Shown: positions 41,674 through 52,975 of the stretch, piece by piece | Layout: the number at the start of each line of letters is the position of its first letter | Numbering within the stretch: position 1 is the first letter of the stretch | Assembly (NCBI GenBank): GCA_951406725.2 | Contig: OX597816.1 | Span: 89,466,001-89,530,000 of the forward strand | Direction: 5' to 3' | DNA from: Octopus vulgaris | Taxonomy: Eukaryota | DNA length: 64,000 nucleotides | The notes under the pieces: model-generated | Database searches by the model: none | Told to the model about the DNA's origin: nothing | What the model saw: only the letters and a program-made list of their open reading frames with translations | Translations under genes and position numbers: made by a program

Positions 41674-41732
41674 ATGTACGTGTGTGTATATGTGTGCATA
41701 TATATATATATATATATGTCCTTATTTTATAA

Positions 41733-41824
<92 letters not shown>

Positions 41825-42184
41825 CATATATATATATACAAAACACATACATGCGTATATATATATACACATACTTATATATATGTATGTATATACATAC
41901 ATACATATATGAATATATATATATATACATATATAAAATGTATATATGTATGTATATATATGTGTGTGTGTATTTATATATATACATATATATATATGTA
42001 TATATATGTATATATATGTATATATGTATATATATATTTATATGTATATTTATATATATATATTTTACCCTTTTTGTATATTTTTATACATATGTATATA
42101 TGTGTATGTATATATGTAAATGTGTGTATATATATGTGTGTGTGTATATATGTATGTATATATATATATGTGTGTATATAATAC

Positions 42185-42223
<39 letters not shown>

Positions 42224-42226
42224 CAT

Positions 42227-42268
<42 letters not shown>
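41674..42268. repeat. ~600-bp degenerate (TA)/(TG) field
   Basis: Directly visible. Confidence 0.95.
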
Positions 42269-42272
<4 letters not shown>

Positions 42273-42697
42273 GCTAGTTAATGCTCATCTGTGATACTAA
42301 TGATTTCTTACACTTAAGGGATGGCCCTAATCATCGAAGGTATCCTAAATGGTACATGACTATTCCTACTTAGCTTATAGATTTCAGCGAGATAAAAGTG
42401 AAGCTCGAGTTGTCGTTATTTAAGTATACAAGGTCACAAATAAAGAATGCTAAACAAAGTTTAACGCTTTCGCCGTAGCATCTACTATTCCATAATAATA
42501 ATAATAGCAAATACCTTTGTATTTTCTGACCTAGGAGGAACGTCACGTATTTTGAACGAGGAATATAGTCAGTTTAATCAACTGTTTAAATTGATTTCTT
42601 TTATCTACCTGGAAAGATGACAATAAAGTCAAACCTGAATGGGGTTATGTAACTAAATACTATAAGAATAATAATTATTATTATTGTTGTAGTTATG

Positions 42698-43010
42698 TTG
42701 ATAAGTGGTATAGGCAACACCTGGAGGTTGTAACTGAGGGGGGAAATATAACGATTCTTTGGGAGTTTCCTTACATACAGACAAAACCATCAAAACGAAT
42801 AAACTGGATATTGTTGTGAAAGACCAAAACTATAAAGTCTGTTTATTGATCGACATGAGTATTTCTTGTGATCTGAATATCTCGGCAAAAGAATGTTATA
42901 AGATCAGAAAATATAAAGATTTTCTCATTGAAATCGAAAAAATGTGGTGTCTCAAAGCGGTTACAGTACCAGTGATTGTAGGAGCACTTGGTATGTTCAA
43001 AAACATTTAA
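42698..43010 (+). mobile_element. R4/Dong-like LINE RLE fragment
   Basis: DKWYRQHLEVVTEGGNITILWE, HTDKTIKTNKLDIVVKD...LLIDMSI...KYKDFLIEIEKMW...VPVIVGALG, preceded by aataataattattatt. Confidence 0.85.
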
Positions 43011-43136
43011 GAATTTTCCCTTCAAGGCACATAGCCATAAATGTTCGGGGTAGACATAGTCAAGTATTTCACTCAGAGTTCTTGACTGGTAATTTTTTAG
43101 GCGAATTCCTCGTATTGCAATATGAACTATGTTGAA

Positions 43137-43718
43137 GGCGGCGAGCTGGCAGAATCGTTAGCACACCGAGCGAAACGCTTAGCGGTATTTCGTCTGTCTT
43201 CGCGTTCTGAGTTCAAATTCCGCCGAGGTCGACTTTGCCTTTCATCTTTTCGGGGTCGATAAATTAAGTACCAGTTACGCACTGGGGTCGATATGATCGA
43301 ATTAATCCGTTGTCTGTCCTTGTTTGTCCTCTATGTGTTTAGCCCCTTGTGGGTAGTAACGAAATAGGTATTTCGTCTGTCTTCATGTTCTGAGTTCAAA
43401 TTCTGCCGAGGTCGACTTTGCCTTTCATCTTTTCGGGGTCAATTAAATAAGTACCAGTTACGTATTAGGGTCGATATAATTGGCTTAATCCGTTTCTCTG
43501 TCCTTGTTTGTCCCTTCTGTGTTTAGTCTCTTGTGGGTAGTAAAGAAATCGGTATTTCGTCTGTCTTTACGTTCTGAGTTCAAATTCCGCCGAGGTCGAC
43601 TTTGCCTTTCAACCTTTCGGATCGATAATTTAAGTACCAGTAGCATACTGAGGTCGATATAATCGACTGGACCCTCCCGCCAAAAAACATTTCGGGCCTT
43701 GTGTCTAAAGGAGAAAAG
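43137..43718 (+). mobile_element. Trimeric SINE family A (A+A+B) inserted as one unit
   Basis: Three tandem cores; TSD aatatgaactatg at 43119-43131 and 43719-43731. Confidence 0.9.
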
Positions 43719-44496
43719 AATATGAACTATGGTGAGACATAACTAAATACCACAATATGTTTAGTAAAGTGACGCAATCAATCAGAGATAACAGTAATAA
43801 AAATAATGACAATTAACGCAGCTTTCGAAGAGATGCAGCCCTCCTCTCTAATCTGTTACATTATCGACTTAAAAAAACATAGCCATTAGTAACTAAAACA
43901 ACGTGTAGTGCAAAATAAATTTTTACCTATATGTGTTAGTGTATGTGTATACGTATGATCAGTATTTTAAGTGTGGTTTGATGGATGGGCAGAATCGGTC
44001 AAGTGTCTCACAAGGCCGTGTAGTGTTTAATACTTTATAATACTTTATGTTTTGGGTTTAAATGCTGCCAAAGTGACCTTCTTCTCTCTTCTTTCTCCTC
44101 TTTCTCCTGACCTTTCTTCTCCTGACCTCCCCGCTTCGAGGTCGATGAAATGAGTAATAAGCAAGTACCAGATCAATATAATCAACAACACTAATTTTCC
44201 AGTTTAAAGGCTTTATGCCTTTGTTGGAAATCAATATTTAAAGGTAATTTGCACAATTAGATATAATTTCAAATATCGGAAATAATTGGTGTTGCCATAT
44301 GCTTGAGTAAGGCTCTTCACTTTATTTTGCTTCAGTCAATTCAGTGAGTAACAGCAACAGCTGAGATCACGCTAGATCCTGCGACGAACTAGTGTCCCAT
44401 CCAGGAATAGTCTTGTAATCTAGAACCCGACTTTTGTTTCACCATATTTTTTTAACTATAAGGTTATATTTATAACTATATGAAATAGTGTAAATA

Positions 44497-44660
44497 TATG
44501 TATGTACGTATGTATGTATGTATGTATGTATGTATGTATGTATGTATGTATGTATGCATGCATGTATGTATGTATGTATGTATGTATGTATGTATGTATG
44601 TACGTATGTATTATGTATCTATATATAGTACACACACACACAACTAGATAGATAGATAGG

Positions 44661-44723
<63 letters not shown>

Positions 44724-44765
44724 GCAGACAGACAGACAGACAGACAGATAGATAGGTAGACAGAC

Positions 44766-44844
<79 letters not shown>

Positions 44845-44850
44845 CAGACA
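44497..44850. repeat. (TATG)n and (GATA/GACA)n microsatellites
   Basis: Directly visible. Confidence 0.96.
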
Positions 44851-45017
44851 GACCCTTCGATTTCTAAACAAGTCATTATATCACTGTTTTAAATATTACC
44901 TGATGCGCGTCATAATCACATAATCCCAAAATTTGTATTATATTTGCATCAATATAAAGATTGTTAACGAAACAATTGTCATAACATTTATAATCCATTC
45001 ATTTTGTTCGTTCATAT

Positions 45018-45345
45018 CGGGGACCCCCTTCGGTCATGAATGACCATAGGATTGCACCTAGAAAGTTACCCTCCGAGGCACAAGTCCGGGCAAGGTTGTT
45101 TATGGAGGACCAGCAGTCGCCCATGCATACCAGCCTCACCTCTCAACACCACTGACGTTATCCAAGGGAAACGGAAAGGCCGATACAGCTTGGCACCAGT
45201 GACGTCGCAACTCATTTCTACAGCTGAGTGAACTGGAGCAACGTGAAATAAAGTGTCTTGCTCAAGAATACAACATGCACCACGGTCCGAGAATCGAACT
45301 CACAACCCCACGATCTCGACGCTCGACGCTCTAACCACTGAGCCA
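45018..45345 (-). mobile_element. Full-length tRNA-derived SINE family B with tail type 2 and 13-bp TSD
   Basis: Minus head ggctcagtggttagagcg (A box) ...gtgagttcgattctc (B box). TSD tgttcgttcatat at 45005-45017 and 45346-45358. Confidence 0.9.
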
Positions 45346-45397
45346 TGTTCGTTCATATATATATATATATATATATTCTTCAACAAGAATGTTGTTC

Positions 45398-45442
45398 ACA
45401 GTGACTTCGAAGTTTCGGTCACCTAAGCCATCGTCGGACTGC
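45398..45442 (-). ncRNA. Hammerhead-like motif (CCGACGA core variant) in one arm of an inverted repeat (45375-45453 / 45477-45555)
   Basis: Minus strand: gcagt-CCGACGA-t-ggc(ttaggtg)acc-GAAA-cttcgaag-UC-actgt. Palindromic ACUUCGAAGU stem III; decayed mirror copy at 45488-45530. Confidence 0.5.
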
Positions 45443-48236
45443 GATGCGTTAGAGTTGGTCTTACCTTTAGATAATTCTAACGCATTGCAATCCGATGATG
45501 GTTTAGCTTGCCGAATCTTAGAAGTCAATATCAACAACATTATTTTTTAAAAATAACAAATTTGTGCTCTACAAAAGTATATACTAACCCATCAGATTAA
45601 TGTAAAATCATTTTTATTGCCTTTATCGAGTGAGATCCCTATATTTTCATGATTCTTTTCTATCGAATATCACACTCTCTATATGAAGGCGACTGTTCGG
45701 TAATGGTGGGTCACCAGTGTTTGGTACATAATGCTTTTATGAAAAAGTGTGATAGAAATTACCGGCCTTGAACTTTACTGTTTGCATTGGGGGTATCGAT
45801 GTGACCAGTTGTTCCAGACGGTGTGACTTTGCCCTTTTTCTTACAAAAGTTGCAGCTTTTCTGGTCTTTCCAATTCAATTTCCTCTTACATTTTATCTAA
45901 CTGTAGCAGCGTCTTGCTTCCATTTATTTTCAGAAACAATACTTTTCTCCAATTAATGAAAGAGACAGTGCTTGTCGCTAGAAGCCCTTCTGCTTTCATC
46001 ATCAAGCTATAACATGTCACCTGAAATCTGGAGATAGACTTTTCTCGGGATGAAGCCCTGTGTATACTTTATGATTAGACGCTGTCACTTGAGTACATAT
46101 TTTCTTAGTATCTTTTCTTTTGATGATGACTAACAAATCTACTGATTTAAAGTGATATTGTTTATTACTTAAATATTCTTCACTGGGGTTTGTCCTAACA
46201 CAAAGAGAGTTAAGTTTCACCTACACAGTATAATGATCTGAGATGCCTAAATGTACTAGGGCTATAGCTTCCGCAAAATTCTCAATCAAAAGAACATTAT
46301 GAATAGGGTCTCCTCTTGTAGGTATATTTACGATCAGTAGTCAAGCAAGACAGTCATGAAGCCGTTATCTGGGACGACCAGCAAATAATCGTGTGGTTAC
46401 TTAAACTCTACTTCTTCGACGCATTTGACATTCTTTTGAAATCCACAAATTAATTAATATTCTATGTCAGCAAATAGGTAGGCAATTACTACCTGAAGAA
46501 TAAAATGAAATAATATTGCTTGGGTTGTATTATGAAGGAGATATGAATTATCTCTGCTTGTTTCGTTTCACTGAATTCAAAAGTCTGCCAGGTTAATTCT
46601 TTTGGCATAAATCGGAGTCAGAGCTCATTAATTAATTAACTTACATATAAATTGCTATACATCAACTTTGTTACGCATGAGAAACTCGATCTCTCCTGAA
46701 AATCTGATTGTTCTGTAGTTAAGCTGAAGCTTCAAATTTCTCGTATAATTACAATGATCCCCTGATAATTACTGATAGAATCTAATCTAATTGGTGGAAT
46801 GTTTGTTCTTAATAATGAGTGATTTTCATAGGTATTAAGCCTGAAGTTTAGTTATTATGGTAAGTGGAATTTCGGAAATTGCAATGGTCATCTTTTTTTT
46901 CTTTTTTTTTTTGCCTGAAATACCACTACATGCGTACATGAAGCAATTTCCAAATGAGAATTAGACGGCCTTGATTCAATGAGAAATTATCACAGAACTA
47001 CGAAATAGCCACTGTAATATATCATTAATGTACTTTACGCATATCACAGCAATTTAAATCACCATAAGACAAGATTTGCTACCATGATTTTTTAATTTTA
47101 TTTTATATGTTGTTGTTCTTTAAATGTAGTCTACAATGTATGTATATGTTGATGAAACATTACCACAGGTTGTAATCACTTAGACATACTCTAATATAGA
47201 TCCCTACATGTGATTATACTAAAAAACAGTTCACTTAATTGGATCTGAATGTGTGTTTTTTGGAAACAATGAAGTTGCATCTAATCGAAGTCAAAGTTTT
47301 TACAAATTTTGCAATATTAAGGAAACCACTATGCATATTGAAAAAAACGTGCTCACCTATGCTGACTATGGTTTGAAGAAATAACAACTACGGCCTTCAT
47401 AAATAAAACAAATGCTAGTTGTTGCAGCATCGGATTTCTTGAAGTGAGCATATCTCCTTAACAAATCCTAAACTTTGCAACAGTTATTATTTTTTCAGGG
47501 ACTCCAAAACTGATGGAATTGGGGTCGGAAGTTATCCTGAAATCGGGGATCTGGCTCAAATATTTGCAATAAATTGTACTTACTAAATGTACCAAAAGGC
47601 CAGATTGCGGTGTCCACTGGATTAAGTCTACCTGCGCTGAATGCATCCTATTCAAAGTCAGGATTGACTGTGAGATTTTGAAATTAAATTCTCTAGCTGG
47701 CCGAATCAGACTTTAAGTATTTTTCTATATGATGTGAAAGCGTTAACTTCATTAACTAGTGTCCTCTACTTTGTGGTGTAGATTTGCATTTTCTATCTGA
47801 TGTCTCTAAACTGTTATTATTTTCTCTCTTTAATGTCAGTTTGTGATCCACAGATAGTGTTATGTCTTTACTGCTGTATTTTTATCTAAATGACAGGTGT
47901 GTGCGTGCGTGTGTCTGCGTGCGTGTGTCGGCGTGCGTGCGTCTGAGAGATAAATAAATTGAGTTAAACATTGGTAGTATTCCAGAAGGAATAATACCAA
48001 TGTTTTCTTCGAAACATATGTGGGAATTTAAAAGATTTAAATAGCACCTGCGCTTAACTCAATTTATTTAATTATCTATATCATACTAAGACATTTCACC
48101 TAAACCTGGAGTTTCTACCTCTATAAGTAGGTTGTTACATCCTTGGTACTTGCTTGAATTTTTGCTACCCTGGTAAATATTTATTTTTTCATTGTTATTT
48201 GTAAACATTGAAAAAACACATGCATTTATATATGTG

Positions 48237-48297
<61 letters not shown>

Positions 48298-48376
48298 TGT
48301 ATGTATGTATGTATGTATGTATATATGTTTGTATGTATGTATATGATAACAATCCTGTGATGGAACTTATAAATAC

Positions 48377-48419
<43 letters not shown>

Positions 48420-48568
48420 AAGCAAGACAGTTGCAGCAGAGCTCTACGTCTTTCTGCCTTAACGTTTGAAAAATCAGAGAAACCTGTGAAACCGGTAAAA
48501 TCTTTAAAAAAATTTAAACAAAATATCTAAAAAAAATCCCAGTGCATTTTCAACTTCTTTTTCCATAT
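48420..48568 (+). mobile_element. Short microsatellite-flanked element with a decayed U3-A8 hammerhead motif (48463-48500)
   Basis: UUGAAAA-atcag(agaaac)ctgt-GAAA-c(cg)-GUA with a poor stem I; homologous to 17390-17500. Confidence 0.5.
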
Positions 48569-48569
48569 A

Positions 48570-48607
<38 letters not shown>

Positions 48608-48609
48608 AT

Positions 48610-48832
48610 GAGCGAACCACCTGAGCTCCACCCGGTTCCGACAGAAGGTAATGCTGAACTTCTGCTGACTCTTTCGCCACAGCTTTCTTGATCTTTCCTC
48701 CTACATCTAGCAGCTCACATGCGACGGACCGGTGTCCCGTCCTGGTGGGGAACCTATACACCAATGAAACTGGGAATCCGGCCCTTCTGAGCCAGGCATT
48801 GCTCGAGAAGGAACAAACAACAATAACAACAA
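48610..48832 (+). mobile_element. Retroelement 3' end carrying tail type 1, ending in (CAA)n
   Basis: tgcgacggaccggtgtcccgtcctggtggggaac...gaaactgggaatccggccc...gagccaggc is similar to 25118-25195. Confidence 0.7.
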
Positions 48833-49382
48833 TATAATATATATATATATATCAGGTTAGTTTACCATTAAACAATAGATGAAACGGTGCATCGTATAAG
48901 AAATTACAGGGTAAATGTTTTTTTAATTTTCTCCTGGTTTGCGGAATTAATGTTATTTTGCGGTTGAAGCTTTGGCTGTTATTTCTAGTGGGTGAATGGC
49001 CTATTATGGCCGTTCCTTGATTGTGATGTTGAACTTATAAATGGTCTATGACTATTTAATTTTTTCCCACTAGGCCGCTGGTGGCAAAAAAATTCTACAA
49101 AATTTTTTGCCACCCTATATTGATTAATTATGAATTTTCTGGTTAATTCCGTAATGGAATCGGCGGCTTATATTTATTTGCTGCCGATAAATTTGGCGCG
49201 AGTGCGATGATTTGAAAATTTTAGGTCAGATATTACCGAGGCAGGGATAGAATCGTGAAAATATATATCCGATATATGTTTTATATATGATATATATATA
49301 TATGTAAGATTGGCTTGATTTAATTTAATCAGGTTAGTTTACCATTAAACAATAGATGAAACCGTGTGTTGAAAAAGATATT

Positions 49383-49723
49383 GTTATATTTCGTTGTGGT
49401 CATTTTATTCTTTTTTGGGCCAAATAATCACACACACTATATATTCGTTCTCCACTCATTTATTTCTGTTTTTATTCTAACTCATATCCAGTGTCCGGAA
49501 ATCTTTGGTCACACATCTGTGAACTCTTCAGCGACAGTTTCCGTCTTCGTGTGTGCTCTTGCTCCATCAAGGACCGAAAGTGTCGCTGAAACGGTCACAG
49601 ATACGTGACGAAAATTTTACGGAGAATGGACATAAGTTAGAATACAAACAGTAATAAACTAGTGAAGAACGAATATATAGGGCGTGTGTTTGTTTGGCAA
49701 AAAATATGACCGTCCCAAAATAC

Positions 49724-49725
<2 letters not shown>
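49383..49725. repeat. Diverged ~160-bp inverted repeat (49383-49547 / 49569-49725) ending at (TA)n
   Basis: For example ctatatattcgttctccact vs agtgaagaacgaatatatag, and cagcgaca vs tgtcgctg. Confidence 0.8.
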
Positions 49726-49763
<38 letters not shown>

Positions 49764-49766
<3 letters not shown>

Positions 49767-49893
49767 AAAACAGAAAATGGAGAAATATAGATGAACAGCA
49801 ATTGAACTGCAGTCTATTTGTATTGAATTAATTAATATTAATTGATGTAAGTCAATTGCTGTTCATCTATATTTCTCCATTTTCTGTTTTCTT
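49764..49893. repeat. Perfect 42-bp inverted repeat starting at (TA)n
   Basis: aagaaaacagaaaatggagaaatatagatgaacagcaattga (49764-49805) and its reverse complement (49852-49893). Confidence 0.95.
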
Positions 49894-50063
49894 CAAATTT
49901 TGATTCTTGATAAACTCATGTTTATCTTTGTCTTTACCTATAATTTATGAGCATAATATGCTTATATATTTCTCACCATGATTAAACATAGGTAATATAC
50001 CGGTAGTATAATGGATACTTCTATCCATTATTTTAACCTCTAATTCAGCTAACTTTATAATTT

Positions 50064-50120
<57 letters not shown>

Positions 50121-50146
50121 AAAAAAGCAACAAGAATGGATTAAAA

Positions 50147-50234
50147 TCTCGGTACGATCGTTTCGTACGATGACATCTTTAATAAGCTACAAAAAATGCA
50201 GTGAATACAGATGGCTCGTACTCGTCAGCCGAAA
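50147..50234 (-). ncRNA. Type I hammerhead ribozyme motif (mirror copy)
   Basis: Reverse complement of the 50713-50800 motif, with one stem II mismatch. Confidence 0.75.
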
Positions 50235-50712
50235 AAACATCAGAGAATTCCCAAACATCAAAAGGGGTAGATACAAAAGAGGTTGTAAGATTAACTGCAT
50301 TGAAGAAAGTTCGATTCATGGAGATCCGATGAAAGGTTTTAAACTTACAGAATTTGTGCATGTCTACATATAGCTCATATTGAATTTTTAATCAAGTTGT
50401 GTGAAGAAATTTTCGGATACAGTCATGCAAAATTTCTGAAAATCCGAGTAAGAGGCAAAGTGACTGCCATATCGATATGGCAGTCACTTTGCCTCTTACT
50501 CGGATTTTCAGAAATTTTGCATGACTGTATCCGAAAATTTCTTCACACAACTTGATTAAAAATTCAATATGAGCTATATGTAGACATGCACAAATTCTGT
50601 AAGTTTAAAACCTTTCATCGGATCTCCATGAATCGAACTTTCTTCAATGCAGTTAATCTTACAACCTCTTTTGTATCTACCCCTTTTGATGTTTGGGAAT
50701 TCTTTGATGTTT

Positions 50713-50800
50713 TTTCGGCTGACGAGTACGAGCCATCTGTATTCACTGCATTTTTTGTAGCTCATTAAAGATGTCCTCGTACGAAACGATCGTACCGAGA
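50713..50800 (+). ncRNA. Type I hammerhead ribozyme motif with canonical core
   Basis: tttcgg-CUGACGA-gtacgag[43 nt]ctcgtac-GAAA-c(gatc)-GUA-ccgaga. Stem I 6 bp (one G-U), stem II 7 bp, self-complementary ACGAUCGU stem III. Confidence 0.82.
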
Positions 50801-50947
50801 TTTTAATCCATTCTTGTTGCTTTTTCCTATTTGTAATCACCCCACTTGTCGTATGGTTAACGCCATATAGATTTCAGGTGCATCCTAGTTAAGGACCATA
50901 TTCATGTGAATTCTTTAGAATTCACTAGAATCTCAATTACTTAACCG

Positions 50948-51012
<65 letters not shown>

Positions 51013-51218
51013 AATAATACAATCAACAAACAAACGCATAACAACCAATGAGGAGACCAATGAACAAATGTTAAACAAATACACAACACTTGCAAGTCAA
51101 GACACAATTTAGCAAAACTGGGCAGGATTCTGTAATTCGACAAGCAAAGGCATAACAACTACTGAAATGACAAATGTGTAACAATATACAGATAAATAAT
51201 TTCAGATAAATAGTTTAG

Positions 51219-51262
<44 letters not shown>

Positions 51263-51571
51263 GCAAATAAACGTAAACGCAAAAAATAGAAAGGCAAATT
51301 CTCAAATAAAAGGACGACAAAAAATAATGTCTTAATTGAAAAGTATTGGAATCCAGCCAATGAAAATAATGCTTATAGTCAAAATAATGAAGCTGTTCTA
51401 TAGAACCTACATGAAAATCGAAAACAAAGTTCTCACCTGAAGACTGTAGGAATAGATGGATGGAAATATATGTATATTGACAAAAACTAAGATCACAAAC
51501 ATTCCACCTGTAACCAAACTATCTCCCAGACGTAATGTATCCAGAACTACGGAAGCAAATGTGTACTCTTT

Positions 51572-51636
51572 AAAGACGGTTATTGTTATTTAACTCAATT
51601 TAGCCTTAACTGGGCTAAATAACAATAACCGTCTTT
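51572..51636. repeat. 21-bp perfect inverted repeat
   Basis: aaagacggttattgttattta / taaataacaataaccgtcttt. Confidence 0.9.
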
Positions 51637-51672
51637 GAGTTGACCTACGATCAGTCAATACTGTTCTAGTCG

Positions 51673-51905
51673 AAGACGGCGAACTGGCAGAAACGTTAGC
51701 ACGCCGGGCGAAATGCGTAGCCGTATTTCGTCTGTCTTTACGTTCTGAGTTCAAATTCTGCCGAGGTCGACTTTGCCTTTCATCCTTTCAGGGTCGATTA
51801 AATAAGTACCAGTTACGCACTGGGGTCAATATAATCGACTTAATCTCTTTGTCTGTCCTTGGTTGTCCTCTCTGTGTTTAGCCCCTTGTGGGTAGTAAAG
51901 AAATA
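51673..51905 (+). mobile_element. Young SINE family A (tail type A) with 16-bp TSD
   Basis: TSD aatactgttctagtcg at 51657-51672 and 51906-51921. Confidence 0.92.
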
Positions 51906-52469
51906 AATACTGTTCTAGTCGTGACTAGCCTTCATTTTCTTACACACAGTGCACTTTTAATATCTAAAATGCCTTTCTCTTCTAAGGCGCTAAGGTGTGA
52001 TTTCGAGAATTATTTCCAGCGGGTAAGAAAACAAACCTCATATTTAACCCACCAGAGGACGATGTTCATGGTCTTTTGGATCAGTCAAGGCTGTGAAATA
52101 AAAAGAGCTCCTTCCTTTCTGTCATTTTTTTTTTTCCATATTTTCTGCGTAACACTAAATTCTTGTTCGTTTTTAAAACCTTTTATTCTCTTTCTTTCTC
52201 ATTGACTCTTAATTACCTTTACATTCAATCTATATACACTCTTCTTTCTTTCTCTCTCTTTCACTCTCTACTATCTCTCAGTTTCTCTTTTTTTTCCACA
52301 CTATATTCTTGTCTACCTCATCTTTTAGGTTTCTCTTATCGTTGCTTACTGACTCATTTTTACTTCTCATTGTTTCACTTTGCAGTCACACCTTTCATAC
52401 CTGTCTTTTTTCCTTTTCTCCAACACCCTTTTTCTCCAATCAACTATCCAATGTACCTTAATCTTCCCA

Positions 52470-52975
52470 TTTCTCTCTCTTTCTCTCCCTCTCTCTCCCC
52501 CTCTCTCTCTCTCTCTCTCTCTCTCTCGTGTTTTCATTTCAGCCATCCTACACGCATAAACTCTCCCCACTAATTTAAAATGTTTCTCTTTCTGTTGTAT
52601 GCCTGCCACTTTCTTCCACACTCTCTTTGCTTATTGCTATTTCAACTAATCTCTCTCTCTCCTTTCTCTCTCCTCTAACTCTCCCCTCTCTCTCTCCTCT
52701 CTCTCTCCTCTCTCTCTCCTCTCTCTCTCTCCCCTCTCTCTCTCTCTCTCTCCCCTCTATCTCTCTCTCTCTCTCAATATCGTCCATCTCATCTTCCCAC
52801 TCGACCTTATTTTCATTACCTTTCTCTAGTTTTTCTTTTTCCTAGGCCATTATTTCTCTCTCTCTTTCTTTCTCTCTTTCTCTGTCTCTTTCTCTCTCCC
52901 TTCTCTTTATTTCTCTCTCTCTCCTCTTTCTTTCTCTCTCTCCCTTTCTTTTTCTCTTTTCTTCTCTCTTTCTCT
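52470..52975. repeat. CT-rich polypyrimidine tract
   Basis: Directly visible. Confidence 0.92.

Larger units (their letters stand above)
50116..50830. repeat. Near-perfect palindrome, ~357-bp arms, no spacer (centre 50473/50474)
   Basis: Centre ...gtgactgccatatc|gatatggcagtcac...; mirror ORFs on both strands; only a few substitutions and one homopolymer indel seen. Confidence 0.97.

Noticed and set aside
43137-43718. CRISPR-like or satellite array, or tRNA genes
   Set aside because: The units are SINE bodies bounded by a TSD; the heads lack a complete cloverleaf and the context is eukaryotic.
50170-50840. Duplicated small ORFs on opposite strands
   Set aside because: A consequence of the palindrome; no recognisable protein motif.
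51432-51478. CUGAAGA...GAAA near a TA tract
   Set aside because: Stems I and II do not pair convincingly.
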